NCBI GenBank assembly: GCA_023229045.1 | Contig: JALOAB010000001.1 | Coordinates: 1-56,269 of the forward strand | Reading direction: 5' to 3' | Length of the DNA: 56,269 nucleotides | From: Fidelibacterota bacterium | Lineage (GTDB): Bacteria; Fidelibacterota; UBA2242 | Shown here: positions 9,490 through 17,239 of the stretch, piece after piece | How positions within the stretch are numbered: the first letter of the stretch is position 1 | Layout of the letters: the number at the start of each line of letters is the position of its first letter | Notes under the pieces: model-generated | Seen by the model: the letters and a program-made list of their open reading frames with translations, nothing else | Database searches by the model: none | What the model was told of the DNA's origin: nothing | Made by a program: the position numbers and the translations under genes

Positions 9490-11421
9490 ATGGAAGATAA
9501 AGAAAAAGTAATGACCGAGTCTACTGTTCGTGCTCCGAAAAGCACAACGCCCTCTACAATTAAAACCCCGGAAAACGCCGGGGCAATCGGCGCAACTATC
9601 AAGGTGACCATTGACGGAAAGGAAGTTCGCGTTCCGATGGGTACCACCATTCTGAACGCCGCCCGAATGCTGGGCATTAAAATTCCTACCCTATGTAATC
9701 ATGATGATTTATGCATCAGCGGCGTTTGCCGCATTTGTGTCGTCGAAGTCGAAGGCATGCGCACCTTGCAGGCTTCCTGCGCGTATCCGATCAGCCAACC
9801 GATCGTTGTCCATACTCACACCCGTAAAGTGCGTCAAGCCCGTCGGCATATCATCGATCTCCTGCTCTCCCGTCACTATGGCGAGTGTTATTCCTGCGTC
9901 CGTAACAATAATTGTGAATTGCAATCACTCGCGAATGAATACGGCGTTGATTTCTATCGCTTCGGCCACGTTGATAAACCAACTTACGGTCGCGACAACT
10001 CCAGTTATGCTATTGTACGCGATATGGATAAGTGCATCATGTGTCGCCGTTGCATCCGCACCTGCATTGATTTACAGGAAGTCGGCGTTTATGAAGCCGT
10101 CGAACGCGGCAATAAAACGCGCATCGGAACTTTCATGGATAATCCCATGGCGCAATTAATTTGTATCAATTGCGGTCAATGTATCAATCGCTGTCCGACC
10201 GGCGCTTTGCATGCTAACGATCCAAGCGACGCGATTTGGGCGGCAATTGACGATCCGACCAAACATGTCGTCATTCAAACCGCGCCGGCTCCGCGTTCGG
10301 CGATTGGTGAATGTTTCGGTCTGCCAGCCGGCACTCCCCTGACCTTTGAAATGAACACCGCCATGCGTTATTGCGGATTCGATAAGGTTTTCGACACCAA
10401 CTTTTCAGCTGATTTGACGATTATGGAAGAGGGCACCGAATTGATCCTACGGCTGTATAAAGCCCTGGTCAAAAAAGAGCCGGTAGCCTTACCACTTTTC
10501 ACCTCCTGCTCTCCGGGCTGGGTAAAATATATCGAACATTTTTATCCGGAAATGCTGGATCATCTGTCATCAGCCAAGAGTCCTCAGCAAATGTTCGGCG
10601 CGGTTATTAAAACATATTACGCCGAACTAAATAATATCGATCCGGCGGACATCGTTACCGTGGCTCTCATGCCCTGCACCGCCAAGAAATTCGAATGCAA
10701 TCGTCCTGAAATGAATTCGTCCGGTTTTAAAGACATCGACTACGGTTTGACTACCCGCGAATTAGCCGGCATGTTTCAGGAAACCGGAATCGATCTGCTA
10801 AATATGCCGAAGTCCGATTTCGACGATCCTTTTGGCACTCGTACCGGTTCGGGCGTCATTTTTGGCGCAACCGGCGGCGTAATGGAGTCAGCCATCCGGA
10901 CAGTTTATGAATTGGTTACCGGTGAACGCATCGACAAACTATTTGAGCATGCCCGGGTAATCCCGGTGCGCGGTTTTGAGGGCGTACGCTATGCTGAATT
11001 GCCAATCGCCAAAGTCGGCCCAGTCCCGGATATTCTTAAGCATCTCATCCCGAATTGGGATTGGCTGAAAGGCGCAACGCTGAAAGTAGCCGTCGCCCAC
11101 GGCACCGCCAACGCCAAGAAAGTTTTAGATAACATTAAATCCGGCGGCAAACTCAGTGAATGTCACTTCATTGAATACATGGCTTGTCCGGGTGGTTGCC
11201 TCGGTGGCGGTGGCATGCCGATTCCGACTAATGAGGAAATCCGCGCCGCTCGCGCCCGTGCTATCTATGCCGAAGATGAAGCCAGTGAAGTCCGCAAATC
11301 TTATGAGAATCCGGCTATAGCCAGATTATATAAGGAATTTCTGGTGGATGGGCCCTGCGGACACAAGAGCCACAAGCTCTTACACACGCATTATCTGCCG
11401 CGCGGCAAGAAATTAGTGTAA
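9490..11421 (+). CDS. hydA: [FeFe]-hydrogenase catalytic subunit (2Fe-2S, His-ligated and 2x[4Fe-4S] N-terminal domains, H-cluster domain, small-subunit-like C-terminus)
   Basis: The H-cluster motifs are FTSCSPGW (variant L1), MPCTAKKFE (L2) and EYMACPGGCLGGGG (L3). The ferredoxin motifs are CIMCRRCIRTC and CINCGQCINRCP. The N-terminus has CNHDDLCISGVCRIC. Confidence 0.9.
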   Translation: MEDKEKVMTESTVRAPKSTTPSTIKTPENAGAIGATIKVTIDGKEVRVPMGTTILNAARMLGIKIPTLCNHDDLCISGVCRICVVEVEGMRTLQASCAYPISQPIVVHTHTRKVRQARRHIIDLLLSRHYGECYSCVRNNNCELQSLANEYGVDFYRFGHVDKPTYGRDNSSYAIVRDMDKCIMCRRCIRTCIDLQEVGVYEAVERGNKTRIGTFMDNPMAQLICINCGQCINRCPTGALHANDPSDAIWAAIDDPTKHVVIQTAPAPRSAIGECFGLPAGTPLTFEMNTAMRYCGFDKVFDTNFSADLTIMEEGTELILRLYKALVKKEPVALPLFTSCSPGWVKYIEHFYPEMLDHLSSAKSPQQMFGAVIKTYYAELNNIDPADIVTVALMPCTAKKFECNRPEMNSSGFKDIDYGLTTRELAGMFQETGIDLLNMPKSDFDDPFGTRTGSGVIFGATGGVMESAIRTVYELVTGERIDKLFEHARVIPVRGFEGVRYAELPIAKVGPVPDILKHLIPNWDWLKGATLKVAVAHGTANAKKVLDNIKSGGKLSECHFIEYMACPGGCLGGGGMPIPTNEEIRAARARAIYAEDEASEVRKSYENPAIARLYKEFLVDGPCGHKSHKLLHTHYLPRGKKLV

Positions 11422-11447
11422 CAATCATCTTTCTTCTTATCTCTAAC

Positions 11448-11481
11448 AAGGGCAGTCTTTTACGAGATTGCCCTTTTTTTA
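11448..11481 (+). terminator. rho-independent terminator after hydA
   Basis: A 7-bp stem, aagggca (11448-11454) paired with tgccctt (11469-11475), runs directly into a T-run (ttttttt). Confidence 0.7.
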
Positions 11482-11546
11482 TAATGGTTGCCATAGTAAT
11501 TTTGCGACGCAGAATTTGAAAAACGAGAAAGATTATTGAGGACAAT

Positions 11547-12737
11547 ATGCCAGATAGATTTATCTATTTAGATCATAACGCTACGACCCCCTTACATCCG
11601 GAAGTCAAGAATACCATCACTGAAATGATGGAAATTTATGGTAATCCTTCCAGCCTGCACAGCGCCGGACGAATCGCCCGCCAAAAAATCGAGCAGTCCC
11701 GCGAGACAGTTGCCGGTTTTATCGGCGCCGCACCCGATGAAATCATCTTCGTCGGCAGTGGTAGTGAAGCCAACAATACCGTGCTCAACAGCCTCTCCTG
11801 CTCTTCTCAGGTTTGTCGTTTGGAACGCAAGTCACGTGATTCAATTATTACCACGGCGATCGAACATCCCTGCATCATGGAAACCTCCAAATGCCTGCGC
11901 GAACGCGGATTTCCGGTTAATCATTTGCCTGTTGATGTTAACGGAAAAGTTAAAATTGACAAACTCAGAGAATTATTAACCTACCAGACTGCCCTGGTTT
12001 CGGTCATGTACGCCAATAATGAAATTGGTACGATTCAGGATATCAAGACTATTGCCGAAATCACTCATTCAAGAGGCGCATTCTTTCATACGGATGCCGT
12101 ACAGGCGGTTGGTAAAATTCCGGTTGACGTCAAAGATCTTAATGTTGATTTTCTGACATTATCTGCCCATAAGATTTACGGACCGAAAGGTATCGGCGCG
12201 CTTTATATCAGACGCGGTACTCCCTTCTGTCCCATGATTCGCGGCGGTCATCAGGAACGCGGACGGCGGGCGGGCACCGAAAACACGATCGGCATTGTTG
12301 CATTTGCCAAAGCCATCGAAATGCGTCAGCAGGAAATGCATGACGAAGCCGAACGCCTGAATCGCTTCAGAAAAATCCTGATTGACGGCATTAAAAATAA
12401 TATCCCGGATGTTCAATTCAATGGTCATCCAACGGATGTTTTACCGGGGACGTTGAATGTCTCATTCGTCGGCGCCGAAGGTGAATCGATCCTGCTTTAT
12501 CTCGATCTGGAGGGAATCGGAGTCTCCACCGGCTCAGCCTGCGCATCCGGCTCGCTCGATCCTTCGCATGTCATTCTGGCAACTGGCATTGGCGCCGAAC
12601 TGGCTCACGGATCAATCCGCATCAGCATGGGACGGGAAAATACACTCGATGACATCCAATACACTATATCGGCTCTCAAACGCGTCATTCAAAGAGTGCG
12701 CGATATGTCAACTACTTATCAGAGGAAAACAGCATGA
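11547..12737 (+). CDS. nifS: cysteine desulfurase (NifS/IscS family, PLP-dependent)
   Basis: 396 aa. The PLP lysine is in LSAHKIYGPKGIGALY and the active-site Cys loop is STGSACASGS. It overlaps the next gene by 4 nt. Confidence 0.9.
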   Translation: MPDRFIYLDHNATTPLHPEVKNTITEMMEIYGNPSSLHSAGRIARQKIEQSRETVAGFIGAAPDEIIFVGSGSEANNTVLNSLSCSSQVCRLERKSRDSIITTAIEHPCIMETSKCLRERGFPVNHLPVDVNGKVKIDKLRELLTYQTALVSVMYANNEIGTIQDIKTIAEITHSRGAFFHTDAVQAVGKIPVDVKDLNVDFLTLSAHKIYGPKGIGALYIRRGTPFCPMIRGGHQERGRRAGTENTIGIVAFAKAIEMRQQEMHDEAERLNRFRKILIDGIKNNIPDVQFNGHPTDVLPGTLNVSFVGAEGESILLYLDLEGIGVSTGSACASGSLDPSHVILATGIGAELAHGSIRISMGRENTLDDIQYTISALKRVIQRVRDMSTTYQRKTA

Positions 12738-13360
12738 GCGATCAATTCAACTGGCTATACACCGATATTGTTAAAGACCACTTTACTAATCCGCGCAATG
12801 TTCTCAGGGATGAAGAGAATTTCCCGGCTGACGGCAATGGCATTACCGGTAATATCAAATGCGGCGATCAGATGCAATTTCTGATCCAGGTCGATAAAGT
12901 TAACAATACGATTAAAGACTGTCGCTGGCGAACTTATGGCTGTGCCAGCGCAATTGCCAGCACATCGGTGCTTTCGGAAATGGTCAAGGGCATGAAACTC
13001 GACGATGCCTATCGCCTGACACCCAAAGACATTATCAAAAACCTTGGCAGTTTGCCGGAACATAAAATCCACTGCTCGGTGCTGGGTGACAAAGCTCTGC
13101 GCGCCGCTATCGATGATTATTATCGTCGCAATGGTATGGCAGATAAAATCAAACACGAAGAAGCCCGTGTAATCTGTCAGTGTATGAATGTCACCGACCA
13201 CGAAATCGAAGAAGCCGTCCTGGATGGCGCCCGCACTTACATCGAACTGCAGGAACGTACTAAACTTGGTACGGTCTGCGGTCAATGCGAAGAAGAAGCC
13301 ACCGAATTACTCAATAAATACATCGAAGAACATTTCGGCGGCAATCTGAAATTACTATAA
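12734..13360 (+). CDS. nifU: NifU-like Fe-S scaffold (IscU-like N-domain plus BFD-like [2Fe-2S] domain; no C-terminal Nfu domain)
   Basis: The scaffold Cys residues are in CGDQM, YGCASAIAS and HCSVLG. The BFD-like pattern is CQCMNVTDHEIEEAV...CGQCEEE. Confidence 0.85.
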   Translation: MSDQFNWLYTDIVKDHFTNPRNVLRDEENFPADGNGITGNIKCGDQMQFLIQVDKVNNTIKDCRWRTYGCASAIASTSVLSEMVKGMKLDDAYRLTPKDIIKNLGSLPEHKIHCSVLGDKALRAAIDDYYRRNGMADKIKHEEARVICQCMNVTDHEIEEAVLDGARTYIELQERTKLGTVCGQCEEEATELLNKYIEEHFGGNLKLL

Positions 13361-13365
13361 ATCAA

Positions 13366-13419
13366 TCTCGTTACAACGCTCCCGCCTCATTCTCGTTACA
13401 ACGCTCCTGCGTTGTAACG
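13366..13419. repeat. 17-nt direct repeat (x2) plus an inverted copy, forming an 11-bp hairpin between the convergent nifU and asnA genes
   Basis: tctcgttacaacgctcc occurs at 13366-13382 and 13391-13407. cgttacaacgc (13394-13404), loop tcct, and gcgttgtaacg (13409-13419) form the hairpin. No T-run follows on either strand. Confidence 0.7.
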
Positions 13420-13448
13420 CCTGATCTATCCTCTGATTGGAATAACTA

Positions 13449-14486
13449 TTACAACAAAAATATATTATGCTGACGACAGGATTTGACCATCGCGTCCGGC
13501 CAGATACTGCTTTGGATTTCCCCAATGTGAGCTTTACGCAAATAATACATACATAATCGCGATTGTCCGATACCACCACCGATGGACAATGGTAGTTCTC
13601 CGTTCAACAAGCGCCGATGAAAATAGAGGTCTTTTCGCGACTCGGCTCCACGGATCTTTAATTGACGCACGAGAGCCTCCTTATCGACCCGAATTCCCAT
13701 CGAAGATAATTCAAAAGCGCAATCCAATACTTTATTATAGACTACGATATCGCCATTCAAACCGCGGTAATCTTTAATCGTTGACGTTGACCAGTCATCG
13801 TAATCCGGCGCGCGGCCATCGTGCGGTTCGCCATTTTTCAAGACGCCGCCGATCCCAATGATAAAAATTGCGCCATATTTTTTGCTGGCGGCGCGCTCGC
13901 GTTCTTTGGGTGATAATCCGGGATAGTACTCTAATAATTCTTCAGAATGAATAAAAGCTATCTTCTCCGGCAGTTCCGGCTTGATATTCCATTCATGGCA
14001 AACGAATTTTTCAGTGCGTAAAATGACGCTGTAAATCGTATTTACCGTATCTTTAAGAAAATCAAGATTGCGTTGGGTGGCGGTCATAACCTTTTCCCAA
14101 TCCCATTGATCAACATAGATTGAATGCAGATTATCCAGGTCATCATCCGGACGAATGGCATTCATATCGGTGTAAATTCCTTTCCCCGGTTTAATGCCCA
14201 GATCGGTCAACATCATGCGCTTCCATTTTGCCAGCGACTGGACGACTTCGACCCGTGTATTGGTCATTTCTTTTACAGAAAACGATACCGGCTGTTCGAC
14301 TCCATTCAGGTCGTCGTTGATACCCGTACCGGCTTTAACGAATAAGGGCGCCGTTACCCGGATCAGGTCAAGTTCGAAAGCCAGATTCTGTTGAAAGAAA
14401 TTCTTTAAGGACAGGATCGCCTTTTCTGTCTCGACAGTCGATAAATAGGTTTGATAGTTTTTCGGAATATATAATCCGGTACCCAT
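13449..14486 (-). CDS. asnA: aspartate-ammonia ligase (asparagine synthetase A)
   Basis: 345 aa, collinear with E. coli AsnA as I remember it. Matching segments are SLAKWKR, YVDQWDWEKV, APDYDDWST, LNGDI, FELSSMGIRVD and IGGGIGQSRL. Confidence 0.92.
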   Translation of the reverse strand: MGTGLYIPKNYQTYLSTVETEKAILSLKNFFQQNLAFELDLIRVTAPLFVKAGTGINDDLNGVEQPVSFSVKEMTNTRVEVVQSLAKWKRMMLTDLGIKPGKGIYTDMNAIRPDDDLDNLHSIYVDQWDWEKVMTATQRNLDFLKDTVNTIYSVILRTEKFVCHEWNIKPELPEKIAFIHSEELLEYYPGLSPKERERAASKKYGAIFIIGIGGVLKNGEPHDGRAPDYDDWSTSTIKDYRGLNGDIVVYNKVLDCAFELSSMGIRVDKEALVRQLKIRGAESRKDLYFHRRLLNGELPLSIGGGIGQSRLCMYYLRKAHIGEIQSSIWPDAMVKSCRQHNIFLL

Positions 14487-14535
14487 TGTTAATCTCCTAA
14501 AATATTCTCAATGCACACAGAAACGGCGGATTTTA

Positions 14536-14557
14536 TGGATATTTTCCAAAATATCCA
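14536..14557. promoter_or_regulatory. 22-bp palindrome upstream of asnA (candidate operator)
   Basis: tggatatttt-cc-aaaatatcca has perfect 10-bp arms. It lies 50-70 nt upstream of the asnA start codon at 14486. Confidence 0.4.
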
Positions 14558-14632
14558 ATTCCCTTTTAGAATTAAATACTTAAATCAGAATAATAAATCA
14601 ACCGCCTACCGGCAATCCGGCTTGATAAAGAA

Positions 14633-15382
14633 TCACAGCGTCCAGGCTTTGATGCTACGATCGCGATACGATAAGTATAGATTATTGATAGTCTTACAAA
14701 CACCAACGACGGTACTATCTGCAATTTTAAATCTGTCGATTATATTCATTTCTCTTGTGGTTTGAAATAAAATATCCGATCCGGTCGTATCGACTCCGAG
14801 CAAATAATAGACTGAGTTATAGTATTCTACCGCATAAAGACCGATGGATTCATCCAGAAAACCAAATTGAACAACTGTATCCCGTTCTCCCATGACTGGA
14901 TCGACTTTCGAAACGATCCGGATACGAACTTGCTGAGGCGCATCGATATTTTGGTAGAAAAGTGCCAGCGAATCCAGGTCTTCGCGATAGCAGATTCCGC
15001 CCGCCCGCCAATTGGCTGAAAGACTGTCAGGTTTAATATAAACCAATTCACCGACCGGCGAACATTTTATCACCCAGCCAAAATCACGCGCTTGCATGTA
15101 AATATCGCGTCCATCATTGGTTATCGCCAGATAACCTTGACCATTCATTCCCAGATCAAAAGCATCTTCGAGACAATTGCCGTCAGAAGTAAATTTTAAC
15201 AAATCAATTTGCGAGCCGGAATTTCCCGAAAGATCATAATTAGTCGTATAGAAGGCATTACCTAAAAATGTAATGTCGGCGATGTCATCGTTGTAAGTGT
15301 CTTTGTGAGTGTTGATCTCAAGATCATTTTCACAAGCGGAAAAGATCAGGAAAAGTACAAAAATTATGTTTAACTGTCGCAT
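14633..15382 (-). CDS. hypothetical lipoprotein (beta-rich, unknown function)
   Basis: 249 aa with a signal peptide and lipobox (MRQLNIIFVLFLIFSAC). I recognise no family motif. Confidence 0.6.
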   Translation of the reverse strand: MRQLNIIFVLFLIFSACENDLEINTHKDTYNDDIADITFLGNAFYTTNYDLSGNSGSQIDLLKFTSDGNCLEDAFDLGMNGQGYLAITNDGRDIYMQARDFGWVIKCSPVGELVYIKPDSLSANWRAGGICYREDLDSLALFYQNIDAPQQVRIRIVSKVDPVMGERDTVVQFGFLDESIGLYAVEYYNSVYYLLGVDTTGSDILFQTTREMNIIDRFKIADSTVVGVCKTINNLYLSYRDRSIKAWTL

Positions 15383-15510
15383 ATCTTTCCTCGCATCCTA
15401 ATCTACACTTTCAAACTTACAGTTAAAAAATAGGAAAAATTATAAATGATTTTAGTAGCTATTTAATTAATCCTTTTAGTCAGTGTGAGAAACCGAATCC
15501 GTTGACTTAC

Positions 15511-16596
15511 CTACCTGAGTTTATAGTTTCTCAAGCCCCAGCCAACCTCTTTCATTGTGACTTTAATAATTCCCCAGGCTGGTACGGCAAACAGCATCCC
15601 GATAACACCGCCAATGTTCCCGCCAATTACTACCGCAATTACAACCGTTATCGGATGCATGTTAACACTCTTGGATACCACGAGGGGTGAAATCAGATTA
15701 TTGTCAATCACCTGTACCAAAACAAATACCACAACAATCCAGATCAGAACGGTTCCCAGATTAGCCGGACTACTCAAAATAGCCAACAATATCGCGGGTA
15801 CGACACCAACGACCGGACCGAGATAAGGAATCATGTTCGCGACGCCGGCTAACATGCCAATAAAGAAGAAAAATGGTACCGGGTGATCGAACACTAAATT
15901 AATAATGAATAAGCCCAGCACTGATAATAACCCGACAATCAATGCGTCAATCGCCTGACCTTGAATATACCTCGTGACCTGATCGCCCACTTTATGCAAT
16001 ACATTTAAAAATAATTCAAAATAGCGGTTAGGCACCTGAGAAATCAGCATGCGTTTGAATAGGCGTTTGTCTTTAATCATGAAAAAGGTCACAAAAGGCA
16101 CGATACCGACAAAAGCCACATACGAACCGGCATTCTTTAAAAAGAAACCGATTTTCATAAGCATATCAGTACCCAATTGTTGTAATTTGGCGATCAGATC
16201 GCGCGCCAGAGCGGCATTGTTCAGGTTTTTTTCAAACAATTGCTCCAACTGGACTGCTAAACCCTTGATCATGTCGGCATTTAGCTTCGCGCTTAGCGAT
16301 TCGACGGCGCTGATCACCGCCGGAATCAGCGCGGCCACCATCAGAACGACCAAGCCTAAAATGATTATTACTACAATCAGAATTGCCAGCGACCGCTTTA
16401 AGCCGATACTTTCCAGATAATCCACTAACGGATTAAGGAGCATCGAAATAAGCCAGGCAATGAGCAATACAAGAACAACAGTTTTAATATAAGGGTAGAT
16501 CAGGAATAAAAATGCCATTCCCAGTAAAATAAAAAAAATCCGCCAAACTGTTTTATTGATTTGTCCCGCCGGGGAGACTGGAGCATTATTCATCAC
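15511..16596 (-). CDS. AI-2E family (PerM/UPF0118) membrane transporter
   Basis: 361-aa polytopic ORF with the family's typical C-terminal region (GMLAGVANMIPYLGPVVG, ISPLVVSK, HPITVVIAVVIGG, GMLFAVP). The start is GTG at 16596 or ATG at 16593. Confidence 0.75.
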   Translation of the reverse strand: MMNNAPVSPAGQINKTVWRIFFILLGMAFLFLIYPYIKTVVLVLLIAWLISMLLNPLVDYLESIGLKRSLAILIVVIIILGLVVLMVAALIPAVISAVESLSAKLNADMIKGLAVQLEQLFEKNLNNAALARDLIAKLQQLGTDMLMKIGFFLKNAGSYVAFVGIVPFVTFFMIKDKRLFKRMLISQVPNRYFELFLNVLHKVGDQVTRYIQGQAIDALIVGLLSVLGLFIINLVFDHPVPFFFFIGMLAGVANMIPYLGPVVGVVPAILLAILSSPANLGTVLIWIVVVFVLVQVIDNNLISPLVVSKSVNMHPITVVIAVVIGGNIGGVIGMLFAVPAWGIIKVTMKEVGWGLRNYKLR

Positions 16597-17107
16597 AGAC
16601 CTTCATCTCACGTTGAAGATTGGATAATTGTTCATTTGTTTTTCGTAAGCGTTCGCCAATCACCTTGGCTAATGACCATAAGATTTTAATACCCAGATGA
16701 GGTTTGCGGTATAATAAATCCAATAAATCCGGTCGAAAAAAGCCTATGATATCGCAATCCACTTTGGCAATTGCCGAGGCTGAACGCGGCGCTTCATCGA
16801 GCAATGCCAGATCACCGAAAAAAGCTCCTTTCTCAAGATCAACGAGATGCTTACAATCTTCATCCTCGAGTTCTTCGATGATTTCAACGGCCCCTTCGAC
16901 GATAATGTACATCCCAAGTCCCGGATCGCCCATGCGAAAAATCGGTTCGCCTTTCTTGTATTTCCGACGATGAACGATTTTTTCGACCTCGATCAGTTCT
17001 TTTCCATCCAAATCAGAAAAAATCGGAACCGAAGATAACACCCGCATTGTGTCACTCAGTACTGATTTCTTTTTGATTATTATGTTTTCCCAGATTGGAT
17101 TTTTCAT
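16586..17107 (-). CDS. cyclic-nucleotide-binding domain protein (single cNMP domain)
   Basis: 173 aa with the cNMP fold signature (GDPGLGMYIIVEGAVEI...FFGDLALLDEAPRSASAIA). Its stop overlaps the transporter start by 8-11 nt. Confidence 0.75.
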   Translation of the reverse strand: MKNPIWENIIIKKKSVLSDTMRVLSSVPIFSDLDGKELIEVEKIVHRRKYKKGEPIFRMGDPGLGMYIIVEGAVEIIEELEDEDCKHLVDLEKGAFFGDLALLDEAPRSASAIAKVDCDIIGFFRPDLLDLLYRKPHLGIKILWSLAKVIGERLRKTNEQLSNLQREMKVCDE

Positions 17108-17239
17108 ATCATTAATTACCTTCGTTTTTCAATGATTTGCAGGTAAATATACAAACATTTAGGTAAAACAAACAATTTCATTATATAGAGAGTAAGCCTT
17201 GCTATTCCGCTCTACAATACTTATTTTGAGGCCGCTATT

